Shown in pieces: positions 13,978 through 34,800 of a stretch of DNA of 64,000 bases. The translations under genes were made by a program, and so were the position numbers. This DNA comes from the human T2T-CHM13v2.0 reference genome, Homo sapiens: assembly GCF_009914755.1 (NCBI RefSeq), contig NC_060927.1. One strand, given 5' to 3'. The stretch's first letter is position 1. Each line of letters starts with the position of its first letter. The notes beneath the pieces are model-generated. The model saw only the letters and a list, made by a program, of their open reading frames with translations. It was not told the origin of the DNA and made no database searches.

Positions 13978-16337
<2,360 letters not shown>

Positions 16338-16400
16338 AGACCATCGATGCTAGGAAGAAACTGCATCAACTAACAAGCAAAATAACCAGCTAACATAATA

Positions 16401-20534
<4,134 letters not shown>

Positions 20535-22665
20535 ACAATGAGAACACTTGGACACAAGATGGGGAACATCACACACCAGGGCCTGTCATGGGGTGGGGGG
20601 TGGGGGAGGGATAGCATTAGGAGATATACCTAATGTAATGGGTGCAGCACACCAACATGGCACATGTATACATATGTAACAAACCTGCACGTTGTGCACA
20701 TGTACCCTAGAACTTAAAGTATAAAAAAAAAAATGCTTTGCTGTTCTATGTTGGTACGTAAAGAGCATGGACCAAGAATACTTAGTATTCAGTTCCAGGT
20801 TTTCACACAAGAACTCTTTATAACAAGAAAGCATTTTTTGACAAACTTTCAGATTCCACTTTCAACAGGCTAGAGACTGCAGAGAAAAGTAGCCAGAAAA
20901 TGAGACTCTGATTTCCAATTCTCCTACTATCATCAGCTAATGTTCAAACTTTGTATTAGTGCCTACCACCAGAGATGCTGTTGATCTTGCCAAATAATAT
21001 TCCCAACATTAACTAGCCCCAATCTTCTTTGCTTCCCTCCCTTCCCCTCCTCGAGTATGTTCCCTGAACACAAATTTTGTTTCTGGTGATATAGGAGTCT
21101 GCCATGGTAATCTTCCCCAACATCTAATTCTACTGTTACCATAGAAATTATGCCATTAACCTTTACAACTATGCCGACTACTACTGTCACTACTACTACT
21201 AAAGTGGAAGAAAAGTAGAAGGGAAAAAAGAGCAGGAAGAGAAGGGGGAAGAGGATAAAAATTTTTCAGCATTTATCATGTTCCTGATCACACAATTTGG
21301 AAGTACCAGGGCAAGATTTAAACAGGAAGGCTAATGACAAATCCCACATACTTATCCCCAACTCTTATCCCCCATACTTATCCCCTCCCTAGAAGCAACT
21401 GATAATCTCTGAGAAAGCCCAAATCAAACAGTTTGACAATGCCCAAATCAAAATGTGAAGGAGCCAGACCTCAATCCCTGGCCCTCTAACTCCAGAACCC
21501 CCACCTACTTAGCCACTACCAATCCTAGCTTCTTGCATCTTGTCTCCAAGTAATTGAATGTTTAAGCAGTCAATAAAATAATGTGACCAGCTCTCTCACT
21601 TTGTTAACAAAATCAGAAACAAAGAATTCAGTCATTAATAGTAATCGCATAAGTAGGATGCTTACCAACTCCTCTGAAGTTCTTTTCCTCCAAAAGTTTG
21701 GTTTAGAGAGTTCATTAATCCTCCCATCCCAAGAACTGGGTCAGCCAAGCTGTACTTCATCCTGGAAGAATTAGATCAGTGGATCCCTGTCAACATTAGT
21801 AAGTCAATAGCTATCGAAGCTTAAACAGACAAATGTCTGAATTTTCTTTTATCCTCAAAAAATTGTAGACTATACAGCACAATTGCTGAAAATTCTCAAT
21901 TGAAATGTAGCAAGTAGGAAAATGAAATGCAGAGCCTCTGATTTGATAACCCTCCCTCCAGATTTATCAAGATTGCTTGTAACAGCATGGATTTTAGAGG
22001 ATAAGTTACCTCACTCTCAAAGCCTAAAAGCCTCTTTTGTCAGAAATCTTGACAATTTAACTTTGGTGGAAGTACAGGTGGGCAGGCACAGGCATGTTGG
22101 CTAATGCCAGAATTCTGAATATCCTGGTATCTAAAACAAGAATTCATTATTTCTGATCTTGATCCAGCTTTGTGGTAAGACATACCTAGAATTTCTTATC
22201 ATGTGCATTCTCCAAGGTTTTAAGTCCATAGTTGCTTGATACCTACATGATTAATGAACCCTTTGGAAGCTCAGAAATCACAGTAGGTAAGGCCGGAAAT
22301 AGAAAGATTCCACAGAATCACCATTCCTACCCTATTAGAACTAGGAAGATTACTTCCCTATGATCTCTACACCTCTCACCCTATTACTTTAAAATTATAA
22401 CTTAATACTCTTAAATGGCAAGAAGTTAGGGAATGTCAAAGCAAATAGATTCTCAAATCCCTTCAGAAGACAAGTGTATGGATGTAAATGTGGGAAAAGG
22501 TAGGAATAAAAATTTAGGAAGTAGTGCTGCTTGTGGTGAGCTAGAGAGTACATTATTGGCCTAAAAAGCCATTCAAGTTTAAAGTTTTAGAAAAGCTGTG
22601 CCAGCCAAATACATACAAGACCACTAGTTTGTAATAGCTGATCATATTTCTAGAATCTAACTCTT

Positions 22666-22983
<318 letters not shown>

Positions 22984-25959
22984 TCATTTATTAATTTAAA
23001 TTTTCTTCATTATCAGTTAACAGTTTAGATATAGATCTTATAGTTGGAAATTATCATTTCCCCTTCCTTGTGTTGTGTAACCCTGCATATAATTGTTCAA
23101 ACAGTTGGATCAAGCAGTGGAGATGCTGAAAGAAAGGGTAGAACCTCATTCCCTCACTGCCTTCTGGAGAAATTATCTGTAAACTGTACAGACTAAAATG
23201 TACTCTGACTGTCCCATAAAACCACAGGTCTTGAACATGGTGGCTGGATTTAACAAGGACTGCTGGGAAGCCAAGAGTAATTATATTCAGTACTTGGAGC
23301 AAGCTACACATAAATGCTTCATGTTTCAGTCCAATCATAAAAAATTTATTTCTGTAAAAATGTGGACTACTACAGGTTTTGGTAGGAGGCCCTGCACAAT
23401 AAATGTAAATTAGATCCAGTACTGCAGGCCTTTGAACAAAGTAGAGGTAAGATATGTTTCCACAGGTAATAATATGGTGTCCCTTGGTTTTATAACCCTA
23501 AGATATTTACCCTATAGTTTTTAGTCCCAGAATCAGTAGTGAAATTTAGGTACCTAGCTAATTTATTGTGTACTGGAGCTCATGAGAGTTAAAAGTTTAA
23601 TAATATTGCCTTTGGCTATGACTATCACTAGGCTATTATTCAAAATCAGTATGACATCTTTATCAATAAAAAAATTGTTCTTGAAATAAAGTGCATCTTT
23701 GGCAAGACTTTAAGAAAATCTGGCTACAGTATTAGGATACTACTGGCATACATTTTTCTGTAGGTTTATTGGTAATTTATATATATTTTTAAAATGTCTA
23801 TTCATATATTTGCAAGAGCCTGTTTTTAATCAATTAATTTTAGAGCTGTAATAGAAATGCTGCTCATGGCTTTAGAAAAAAAAAATTCAAGCCATACAGA
23901 AAGTAATAAAAAATAAAGTCTCCTTTCCTTCCCCTAACCACTTCTCCACTTTGGAGATCTCTTTCCAGAAATTTCCCATGCAGATACAAGCTTAGACATG
24001 TGCATAATAAATTTTAAACAAATTTATATATATGAGCCCTAAAATTTGTTCTTTATCATTTATCACTGTGTTTTGAGAAATTTTTTTCCAAATGGGCACC
24101 CCATAATTTACTTTAACAGCATTTTGTGAATGAAAATTTAGCCTTTTTTTTGTTTTTTGTTTTTGCTATTACAATCTATAGCACATATGATTTACTTTAG
24201 TACCGAGTCTCCATAAGGTGAAATCTCACAGACTTAAGTGTATCAATATTCTATTACCTGTGCATAATCAAATTATTCTAACAGTTATGCTACAGCTCTC
24301 ATAACTCCTGATGGCGGGTATGCCCAAGTTATATTATAACAAAGGAAATATAAACATGACCATGAAAACAATATCGCAGTAGATGACTGTACTTGTTAAA
24401 TGTATTCTGCGAACATATTCCTCCATGCAATTGGAATAGGGTTTAGCATACCTTGATTATTTTAAGGTGCAAGAAGAGTACTGTATACGGATTTTGCCAG
24501 TATGACAAGCATACTTAAACCCCAATGACGAAAACTTCTGGCTATTTTTAGACAAAAGAATTCAGAATCCTTTGTTAGCAGGGTCAAAGACAATTGCTTC
24601 AGCAATTAAAAGTTACTTGACATTTGACAGCCTTTTAAACAAAAGAACACTAATCTTCATTGGAATCATGATTTGATATATAATGGACAATGTTATTGTC
24701 TCTACAATCACGTGAAAATTGATTTTTAAATGTTTTCTGCATCAAAAATACTGCTGACCAAAAATTTCACCAAGATATAATAATATTTCAAATATTTTTA
24801 TTTCTGTTTAAGCCAGTCAATATTCTAAGCATCAATAAAATAGCTCTTGCTCTTCAGCAGTTTTTATGTGACTAGATTATAATTTACTATTTTCATCGGG
24901 TAATTAATTTTATATAACTCTCCAGCTAGATGCGAGATTTCATGAACTGAAAAGAATTTATTGACATTTTTAATCCGACCCAATTATTTCAAATGAAAAT
25001 GTCATAGTGAAAATATGCAGAAAGTTCAAAGGAAATTTTCAACAAACCTATTAGGATTGAATTTTTACTAGCGTAATTACTAATGTAAGTAAAGTTATCA
25101 GAAAAAAATTGAAAAACATTTCAAACTATCTGCAAATCTGAGGCAACTCTTTATTTTTTAAATATTAAGAAATAAATGCAAGCTTTTCTGAAGTATGTTT
25201 TTCATTATTTTTTAACATTTCCTGTCACTGTGTGTGTGTGTGCACACGTGCACATGAGCATACATATGGTAGAGTGTTTTCTCTTCAAATTAAAAGTTAT
25301 AAAAAATTATTTCAGGAACAAAATGAACAAATTCAAATGAGGCACTACAACTCAACAATACTCAAATGGCTAAAATAAAATAGGAACTGCAGAGAAAAGA
25401 ATAATTTTGCTAATATCTAATCATGATAAAAGTGATTCTAAGCTTGCCTGACTTCATTTATAAGTTTAGTTATATCAACATTTTTCTAATATAGCACTGT
25501 TGGAATGACAATAAATCCTCAACTATTTTAAGAGGAAGTCAGTAGATAATGTCTAAAATTGCTAGACCAAAAAATAACAATGTAAGTGTATCTTTTTAGA
25601 AATATGAAGGTTAATGTCAGATAAAACCCCTCTAAGACTTGAAATGCTTCCTTCTGAAGTGGAGAACTAGACTGGGTCAGATACCCTTTTAGCTTAACTT
25701 AATTTTTAAACTATGTGCATGTATCACTTGGATAAAGAAAAAGTAATTTCAAAATAATAAAACAAAGTATTGTGCAATTGATATTATTAAGATAACACTT
25801 TTGACTATACATATACTGCATATATTTCCATTACCAAACTTTAAGATATATTTACATAAGCATATTAATACTACATATAAATATGTAATTTTATGCTACA
25901 AAAACACTTTATATAGTTATGATTTTTATTTCAAAATTAGTCATTTAAAAAGTTAATCT

Positions 25960-26160
25960 TACTGCTTCATAGTTACACTTCTCTGAGCCTCAGTTTCCTT
26001 GTCTTTGTGAGTAATGTCTCCGTAATAGAATCATGGGAAAAATTAGAGGTATTTATAAGTACCGCACGCTAACCGATTGAGCCACTGGAGCCACACAATT
26101 AGAGGTATTTATAAGAGAAGCTTTTCTAATTAAAATTTAAAATGCTACGCAAGTATAGAT
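25960..26160 (+). mobile_element. MIR remnant hosting the tRNA fragment
   Basis: 'cttctctgagcctcagtttcct' MIR core. Confidence 0.55.
26054..26096 (-). pseudogene. Tailless retropseudogene of the tRNA-Ile(TAT) 5' half, with 5 extra upstream nt
   Basis: Minus strand reads gtgtg-GCTCCAGTGGCTCAATCGGTTAGCGTGCGGTACTTATA, 36/38 to the recalled tRNA-Ile-TAT 5' exon; exact 19-bp TSD at 26041-26059 and 26097-26115; no poly(A). Confidence 0.9.
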
Positions 26161-26409
26161 GTTTATTCGCCTTTATAACTATGGTACCCCAAAATATGAG
26201 GATCATACAGAGCCAGCAAATTTAAGGACTTTAAAAATGAGAACTAAAAGAAAAAAACACACAAATTAAGGGTTAGAATTCTTGTTTTGTCTGAAAAACA
26301 AAGATAATAAAATAACAGTTTAAGGTGCATACACAGATGAAGAATCCGTATGCATAATGTGTTATGAATTTTTTTTTGCATAATGTATCAAAGTTTTAAG
26401 TGTCAACTG

Positions 26410-27536
26410 TATGCCTCCCCTTTCCTCCAACTTCCCTGTATTTAATCCTTCTGCATTAATTCAGAGACACACTACCATGAGAATGGTTTAGGATTCAAAA
26501 CTTTCAGGAATCAGGTTTTTACCTCCAAAAATCAAATAGGCTTGAAAGGCAAGGTTTTTAGTTGTAATAGGTGGGCTCATAGAGTAAAGAAGAGTGGTTT
26601 ATGAGCTTCAAAAGACTAATAGCCTGGCAGTCTCAGCATATAAAGTTCACACCATAAACTACACAGTGTGAAATAAGGAATGCGGATATAGAAACAGTTT
26701 TTCCCCCAACACACGAAAAGATTTTTTTTAAACAACACTGAACTAGAAAGAAAGGAATCTGCAAAGAGAGAGAGAAGTAGAGAATCTGGACTCGGATATG
26801 AAGCCCCAGGAATGTGGGTGAGAGGAAAATAGAAACCTCTAACAAGCTTGGGGAATTATAAAGCAAAAGAACCAGTATCTTAATTCCCAGAGTATAGCCA
26901 GAGGAGACTGCAAAACTTTTAGAGAAGTCACACAAGCAGCCTAGGATAGAGTGGAACACCAAGCGAGAGGGTCAAATGATCTGAGGACACCTCACAGGCC
27001 AGATCTGGTGTGAGAGAGTAATTCATACACCTAGAAATGGGTGGCACAAGAGGCCTGGGGAGAATCAGTGAGCCTGACTGAATCACATGGTTTTGATGAG
27101 GAGATACTGTCAGGGAATGTGATGAAGGCCATACAAACTAGAGATTATGGCAGACGCTGGACAGCAGATGTAGGGGGATGGAGAAAACTATCTGTGCAGG
27201 AAAAAGAGCAGGTGACTGCAAAGCACCTAAAGACCAATGTCAGCATGACATATGAGAGCACCCCCTATCTCACCCATTCTGCCGGGGCTGAACTTTATTT
27301 CCTCCTGGGACAAGGAAAAAAAAGGCGGGGAAAGAAGAACCTTAATTGATAAAGTATTTACTTTTAAAAAAAGATGAGACAAAATTCACTAATACCTACA
27401 TCGACCTCTAAGTAACTAGATTACATTCTCCAACAATGGCAGAAATGGAGTCACAAGACCTAAGTGCAATTATAAAGAAAGAAACTGTCATATTTGCACA
27501 GCCAACTTTATAACTTTGAAATTTGTACCCACTACA
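26410..27536. mobile_element. Possible ancient LTR remnant
   Basis: LTR-like end 'tttgtacccactaca' and purine-rich interior; family and start not determined. Confidence 0.25.
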
Positions 27537-27642
27537 ATAGCATGATGATCTGACTCTTCATCTCCACTGAAACAGAAAAAGAAGAGAAAAACTTACGCTG
27601 ATTTTCCAATTATTTGATATTTTCAGTTATCTATACTCCTCT

Positions 27643-30600
27643 TTTTCCCCAACTTTTATGTTAAGTTCAAGGCTAAATGTGCAGGATGTGAAAGTTTGTT
27701 ACATAGGTTAATGTGTCCCATGGTTGTTGGCTACACAGAGTATCCCGTCACCTAGGTATTAAGCCCAGCATCCATTAGCTATTCTTCCTGATGCTCTCCC
27801 TCCTCACACCCTCCCACCCTCCTACAGGCCCCAGTGTGTGCTGTTTCCCCCAAGGGTCCATGTGTTCTCATCATTTAGCTCTTAAGTGAGAACATCCAGT
27901 ATTTGGTTTTCAGTTTCTGCATTATTTTGCTGAGGATAACGGCTTCCAGCTCTATTTATGTTCCTATAAAGGACGTGATCTCACTCCTTTTTATGGCTGA
28001 ATAGTATTCCATAGTGTATATGTATCATATTTTCTTTATCCAGTCTATCATTGATGGACATTTAAGTCAGTTCCATGTCTTTGTTATTGTGAATAGTGCT
28101 GGAATGAACATATGTGTGCATATATCTTTATACTGGAATAATTTATATTCTTTTGGGTATATACCCAATAATGGGATTGCTGGGTCAAGTGGTATTTCTG
28201 CCTCTGGGCCTTTCAGGAATCACCACACTGTCTTCCACAAGGGTTGAACTAATTTACACTCCCACCAACAGTGTAAAAGCATTCCTTTTTCTCCACAACA
28301 TTGCCAGCATCTGTTGTTTGTTGACTTTTTAATAATAGCCATTCTGACTGGTGTGAGATGGTATCTCATTGTGGTTTTGATTTGCATTTCTCTAATGATC
28401 AGTGATGTTGAGCATTTTTTCATATGTTTCTTGGCTACATATATGTCTTCTTTTGATAAATGTCTGTTCATGTCCTTTGCCTACTTTTTAATGGGGTTGG
28501 TTTTTTTTTCTTGCAAACTTGTTTAAGTTCCTTGTAGATGTTGGATATTAGACCTTTGTCAGATAGATAGATTGCAAAACTTTCCTCCAATTCTGTAGGT
28601 TGTCTGTTCACTCTGATGATTGTTTCTTTTGCTTTACAGAAGCTCTTTAGTTTAATTAGATCCCACTTGTCAATTTTTGCTTTTGTTCCAGCTGCTTTTT
28701 GTATCTTTGTCATTAAATCTTTGTCCATGCCTATGTCCTGAATGGTATTGCCCAGATTTTCTTCTAGAGTTTTTATGGTTTTTGGTTTTGCATTTTTTAC
28801 ATTAAGTCTTTAATCCATCTTGAGTTGATTTTTGTATATGATGTAAGGAAGATGTCCAGTCTCAATTTTGTGCATATGGCTAGCCAGTTGTCCCAGCACC
28901 ATTTATTAAATAGGGAATCCTTTCCCCATTGCTCGTTTTTGTCAGGTTTGTTGAAGATCAGAAGGTTATAGGTGTGAAGTCTTATTTCTGAGTTCTATAT
29001 TCTGTTCCATTGGTCTGTGTGTCTGTTCTTCTACCAGTACCATGCTGTTTTGGTTGCTATAGCCTTGTACTATAGTTTGAAGTCAGGTAGCATGATGCCT
29101 CCAGATTTGTCCTTTTTGCTTAGGATTGTCTTGGCTATTTGGGGCTCTTTTTTGGTTCCATTGAATTTTAAAATAGTTTTTTTCTAATTCTGTGAAGAAT
29201 GCCAATGGTAGTTTAATGGGAATAGCATTGAATCTATAAATTACTTTGAGCAGTGTGGCCATTTTCATGATATTGATTCTTCCTATCCATGAGCACGGAG
29301 TGTTTTTCCATTTGTATCTTCTCTGATTTCTTTGAACAGTGTCTTGCTGTTCTCCTTGAGGAGGTCCTTCACTTCCCTGTTAGCTGTATTCTTAGGTATT
29401 TTATTCTTTTTACACCAATTGTGAATGAGAGCTTATTTATTATTTGATTCTGCTGCTTGCCTCTTGGTGTATAGAGGAATGCTAGTGATTTTTTCACATG
29501 GATTTTATATCTTGAGACTTTGCTGAAGTTGCTTATCAGCTTAAGAAGCTTTTGGCTGAGACTAAGGGGTTTTCTAGATATAGGATCATGTCATCTGCAA
29601 ATAAAGATAATTTGACTTCCTCTCTTCCTATTTGAATACAATTTATTTCTTTCTCTTGCCCAATTTCCCTGACCAGAACTTCCAACAGTATGTTAAATAG
29701 GAGTGGTGAGAGAGGGCATCCTTGTCTGTGCCCGTTTTCAAGGGGAATGCTTCCAGCTATTACCCATTCAGTATGTTATTGGCTGTGGGTTTGTCATATA
29801 TGGCTCTTGTTATTTTGAGGTATGTTCCTTTAAAACCTCGTTTATTGAGAGTTTTTCACATGAAGGGATGTTGAATTTTATTGAAGGTCTTTTCTGCATG
29901 AATTGAGATAATCACATGGTTTTGTCTTTGGTTCTGTTTATGTGATGAATCATACTTATTTGCATATGTTAAGCCAACCTTGCATCCCAGGATGAAGCGA
30001 ACTTGTTTGTGGTGGATACACATTTTTGATGTGCTGCTGAATTTGGTTTGCCAGTATTTTACTGAGGATTTTTGCATCAGTGTTCATCAAGGATATTGGC
30101 ATGAAGTTTTCTTGCTTTCTTATATCTCTTCCAGGTTTTGGTATCAGAATGATGCCGGCCTCACAGAATGAGTTAGGGAGGAGTCCCTCCTTTTTAATTT
30201 TTTGGAATAGTTTCAGTAGAAATGGTACCAGCTCTTCTTAGTACCTCTGATAGAATTCAGCTGTGACTCCATCTGGTCCTGGGCTTTTTTTGGTTGGTAG
30301 GCTATTTATTACTGCCTCAATTTTAGAACTCATTATTGGTCTATTCAGGGATTCCATTTCTTCCTGGTTCAGTCTTGGGAGGGTGTATGTGTCCAGGTAT
30401 TTATCCATTTCTTCTCAATTTTCTAGTTTATGTACATAGAGGTGTTTATGGTATTCTCTGATGGTTGTTTGTATTTCTCTGGGGTCAGTGGTGATATCCC
30501 TCTTATCATTTCTGATTGTGTTTATTTGATTATTCTCTCTTTTCTTCTCTATTAGTCTAGCTAGCAGTCTACCTATTTTATTTATTTATTTATTTATTTT

Positions 30601-31839
30601 TCCAGAAAACCAGCTCCTGGATTTGTTGATTTTTTTAGAAGGATTTTTTATGTCCCTATCTCCTTCAGTTCAGCTCCAATCTTGGTTATTTCTTGTCTTC
30701 TGCTAGCTTTGGGGTTTATTCTTGGTTCTCTAATTCTTTTAGTTGAGATGTTAGATTGTTAACTTGAGATCTTTCTAGCTTTTTGATATGGGCATTTAGT
30801 GCTATAAATTTCCCTCTTAACACTGCTTTAGATGCATCCAAGAGATTCTGGCACATTATCCCTTTGTTCTCATTAGTTTCAAAGAATTTCTTGATACCTT
30901 CCTTAATTTCATTGTTTTTTCAAGAGTCATTGGGGAGCAGGTTATTCAATTTCCATGTAGTTGTGTGGTTTTTAGAGAAGTTCTTAGTCTTGAGTTTTAA
31001 TTTGATTGTGCTGAGGTCTGAAAGACTGTTTGTTACCATTTTAGTTCTTCTGTACTTGCTGAGGAGTGTTTTACTCCTAATTATGTGATCAATTTTACAG
31101 TAAGTGCCATGTGGCCATGAGAAGAATGTATATTCTGTTGAATTTGGGTGGAGAGTTCTGTAGATGTCTATCAGGTCCACTTGATCCAGAGCTGAGTTCA
31201 AGTCCTGAATATCCTTGTTAATTTTATGTCTTGATGATCTGTCTAATATTGTCAGTGGAGTGTTAAAGTCTCCCACTATTATGGTGTGGGAGTCTAAGTC
31301 TCATTGTATGTCTCTAAGCACTTCTTTTATAAATCAGGGTGTTCCTGTATTGAGTGCATATATATTTAGTGTAGATAGCTCTTCTTGTTGAATTGAACCC
31401 TTTGCCATTATGTAATGCCCCTCTTTTTCTTATCTTTGTTGATTTAAAGTCTGTTTTGTCAGTATAACCCCTGCTTTTCTCTATTTTTCCATTTGCTTGG
31501 TAAATTTCCTCCATCCCTTTATTTTGAGCCTATGTGTGTCTATGCATGTGAGATGGGTCTCTTGAAGACAGCATACTGATGGGTCTTGGTTCTTTATCCA
31601 GCTTGGCATTCTGTGTCTTTTAATTGGCTCATTTACATTTAAGGGTAGTATCGTTATGTGTAGATTTGATCCTGTCATCATGATGCTAGCTGATTATTTT
31701 GCAAACTTGTTTATGTGATTGCTCCATAGTGTCACTGGTCCTTGTACTTCAGTATGTTTTTGTAGTGGATGGTAACCATTTTTACTTTCCATATTTAGTG
31801 CTTCCCTCAGGAGCTCTTGCAAGGCAGATCCTGTGGTAA
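27643..31839 (-). mobile_element. 5'-truncated LINE-1 (about L1PA8-13): ORF1 tail, ORF2, 3'UTR
   Basis: Minus-strand ORF2 peptides ([27 protein letters not shown]); TSD tatactcctct (27632-27642) / tatgctcctct (31840-31850). Confidence 0.92.
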
Positions 31840-32308
31840 TATGCTCCTCTATTCTCATATAAAAACTTGTGAATTGACCATATTAGAAATTTCTTTGCTA
31901 CTTTATTCCATGAAGAATGTTCACACAGAGTCATAATACATCCCAGATGGTTTTAGGTAGTATTTTTCTAAGGGCATGGAATACACATGACTGGAAATTG
32001 GAAAAACAATTTTAGGTCATACCTAAGTGTACACTTTTTATCTTAATGTGTATTGAAAAACTATTGCTTGAACAACAAAATGTTATTGCACAAACATTTT
32101 TGCTTAAGACAAGGCTAAAGTAAGTATTGAATTTCAATGATTTAACTCAACCTAAAGAAGAGTAGTAAGTAAATATTAAAGTATATGAATATAGCAAAAA
32201 TAGAGAAAGTTTTATACAGAAGACTGAAGTTTGTAAAGCATTGTACTAAGGTGATGGATTAATTATACTTTTACTTTTATAATTTTAATTATAAAAGTAA
32301 AATTATAA

Positions 32309-32618
<310 letters not shown>

Positions 32619-32934
32619 GATTACACAATTTTAAAAAGGAATGTGGCTATAACATCTTGTGCTGCTCAATATTTCCAGTCTTCAGTTTATTCATCTATAA
32701 ATCAAGGAGACTGAATTAGATAAATCCTTAAGCTCCTTATCCTGGAATTCTATTATTTGAATAACAGTCTTTATAGCATTTTTATAGGTATCAATCTTAT
32801 TTCAGCATTATCACATTCAACAAGTATCGAATGAGCATCTTCTATATGCCAAACAATGTTATGAGTCCTTAGGATACATCAGTGAACGAAACACATGAAG
32901 ATGCTTGCCTTTATGGAGCTTACATTTTGACTCA

Positions 32935-33085
32935 CATCCTGTGAGGTACGTTATTATTTCCATTTTACATGGGAAGAATTTTAAGGTCGGGTATGTAGGC
33001 AATTGCCCTAGATAAGTTAGTAGGAAGCAGAGTTAGGATTCAGACTTAGGGCTTCTGATTCACAGATTGTGCTCTTTCCATATTA
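32935..33085 (-). mobile_element. MIR
   Basis: 'ctgtgaggtacgttattatttccattttac...ggattcagacttagggcttctga'. Confidence 0.6.
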
Positions 33086-33689
33086 CATACATTGTGAAGG
33101 ATATGATTCAACAGGGAAACAACTTGGAGAAAAATAGAACCTGCTGCTAACCTAGATGCCTATTAGATAATATTATCATATGCTCTTACTTGGGGTCTTT
33201 GATGATGCTGATCATTTTTTAAAATAAATGAAAACCCCAATGGCTCTAAATAAGGAATAGGTCTTATGAAACAGATGGCCTAGCAGATGGTAGATTGCTC
33301 CTTTTCTTCTTGGCACCTCCTGTTGAGAGAATGTGATATGCACGATGGTTAGGTATGTTTGACTTCTTGGGTCTTAACTAGCAGATATTTCTGGAACTGA
33401 TGCTGCTTCCTTATTCTGAGCTCAACAAATTCTTAAGTACAATCTGTAGCATTTTCTTTTCTGTCACTCTTCTCATATTATGTCCAGTTATATCAACTTT
33501 AATTAAAATATTTTACATTAAAAAATGACCTAAAATATGTCAGATGTTTTAGGATAACTAACTCAAAGTAGTTATTGGAAGCCCCCAATTTCCACCAATA
33601 AGATGGATAACAATCATAACCTTTGGGCAGGTCAAAATTACATTAAATACATCTTCCAAGGAACAGAATCGATTAAGTAACAACAATAT

Positions 33690-34800
33690 GCAGACCACCG
33701 GGATAGGTGCTATGGGAGATGTGAGGATAGTAAGACGTGACTGTGGTCTTTAAGGATTTTACAGTATAGGAAAGGCTTAAGTGAGTGCACAAAAACTGAT
33801 AATGTAGGGCAGATTGTGGTAATTATCATAAAGGTAGCTCAAAGAAAGAGTTCGGATGTTCAGAGAAAGGATAACCCCCTACTTCTGGCTGGATTGGGAG
33901 GGGCTGAGGCATGACAGAATTAGGCTGAAAGTGCTTGTTACTTTGCATGATGATGAGGATTCTTACAACTAGAAATAATAAGGACTTTCCAGATATTATG
34001 TGTTTAAGTGTAGAGGTCTGCTTGGAACATGCCTCCTGATTTCCCCCTAAATCCTCACATCTCCAGTGACACATGGCAGTTATCAACTTTTATCCAATTT
34101 ACAGGGAAGTTATCAAGTTTGGTGGGTTGTTTTTCTGCTTGTTTGTTTGCTTGTTTTGAGACAGGGCTTCACTCTTTCACCCAGGCTGGAGTGCAGTGGC
34201 ATGATCATGGCTCACTGAGGCCTTGACCTCCCAAGCTCAAGCGATCCTCCCACCTCAGCCTCCCTAGTAGCTAGGACTACAGGCACATGCCACCATGCCT
34301 GGCTAATTTTTTTATTATTTGTTGCAGAGACGTGGTTTCACGATGTTGGCCAGGCTGGTCCTGAACTCCTGGGCTGAAGCAGTATGCCTGCCTTGACCTC
34401 CCAAAGTGCTGGGATTACAGGCATGAGGTACCATGCCTGGCCAGCAGTTATCAACTTTGACTCGAACATATGTTATATGAAGGAAATCGATTGTGATGGC
34501 CTTGCAAATCAAGGCAAGCTATCTGAGCTTAGATCAGATTGCAATAGGGAATTACTGAATAATTTTGTGTAAGAAGATGGCATAATCCATGCCATATTTT
34601 AGCATGATTAGTTTCTTAGGAGTTGGGTTAGTTTCCCCGAGACAGAAACAGAAGACAGTGAGACCAATTAGGAGGCCCTTGACATAGTCGAGAGAAGAGA
34701 TAATGAGGATCTGAAATAGATCTGGCACTTGTTAGAGGAAGAAGGCAATGAATAGGAGAGATGTCAAGGAGGCCTTAATGATTATTTTCCCAGTAAGAGG
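33690..34800. mobile_element. L2 remnant interrupted by AluJ and a templated segment
   Basis: L2-like 'ggataggtgctatgggagat', 'gagaccaattaggaggc'. Confidence 0.45.
34125..34442 (-). mobile_element. AluJ
   Basis: Reverse Alu with J diagnostics (gatcatggctcactg, gctcaagcgatcctcccacc); TSD-like agttatcaa(g/c)ttt. Confidence 0.88.

Noticed and set aside
24200-24560. Unique sequence with several CpGs and splice-donor-like motifs
   Set aside because: All frames close quickly; no coherent exon or RNA gene could be built
33190-33245. Possible 56-nt minus-strand exon (tttag| ... CAA|GTAAGA)
   Set aside because: One open frame but no recognisable peptide or partner exon; such site pairs are frequent by chance
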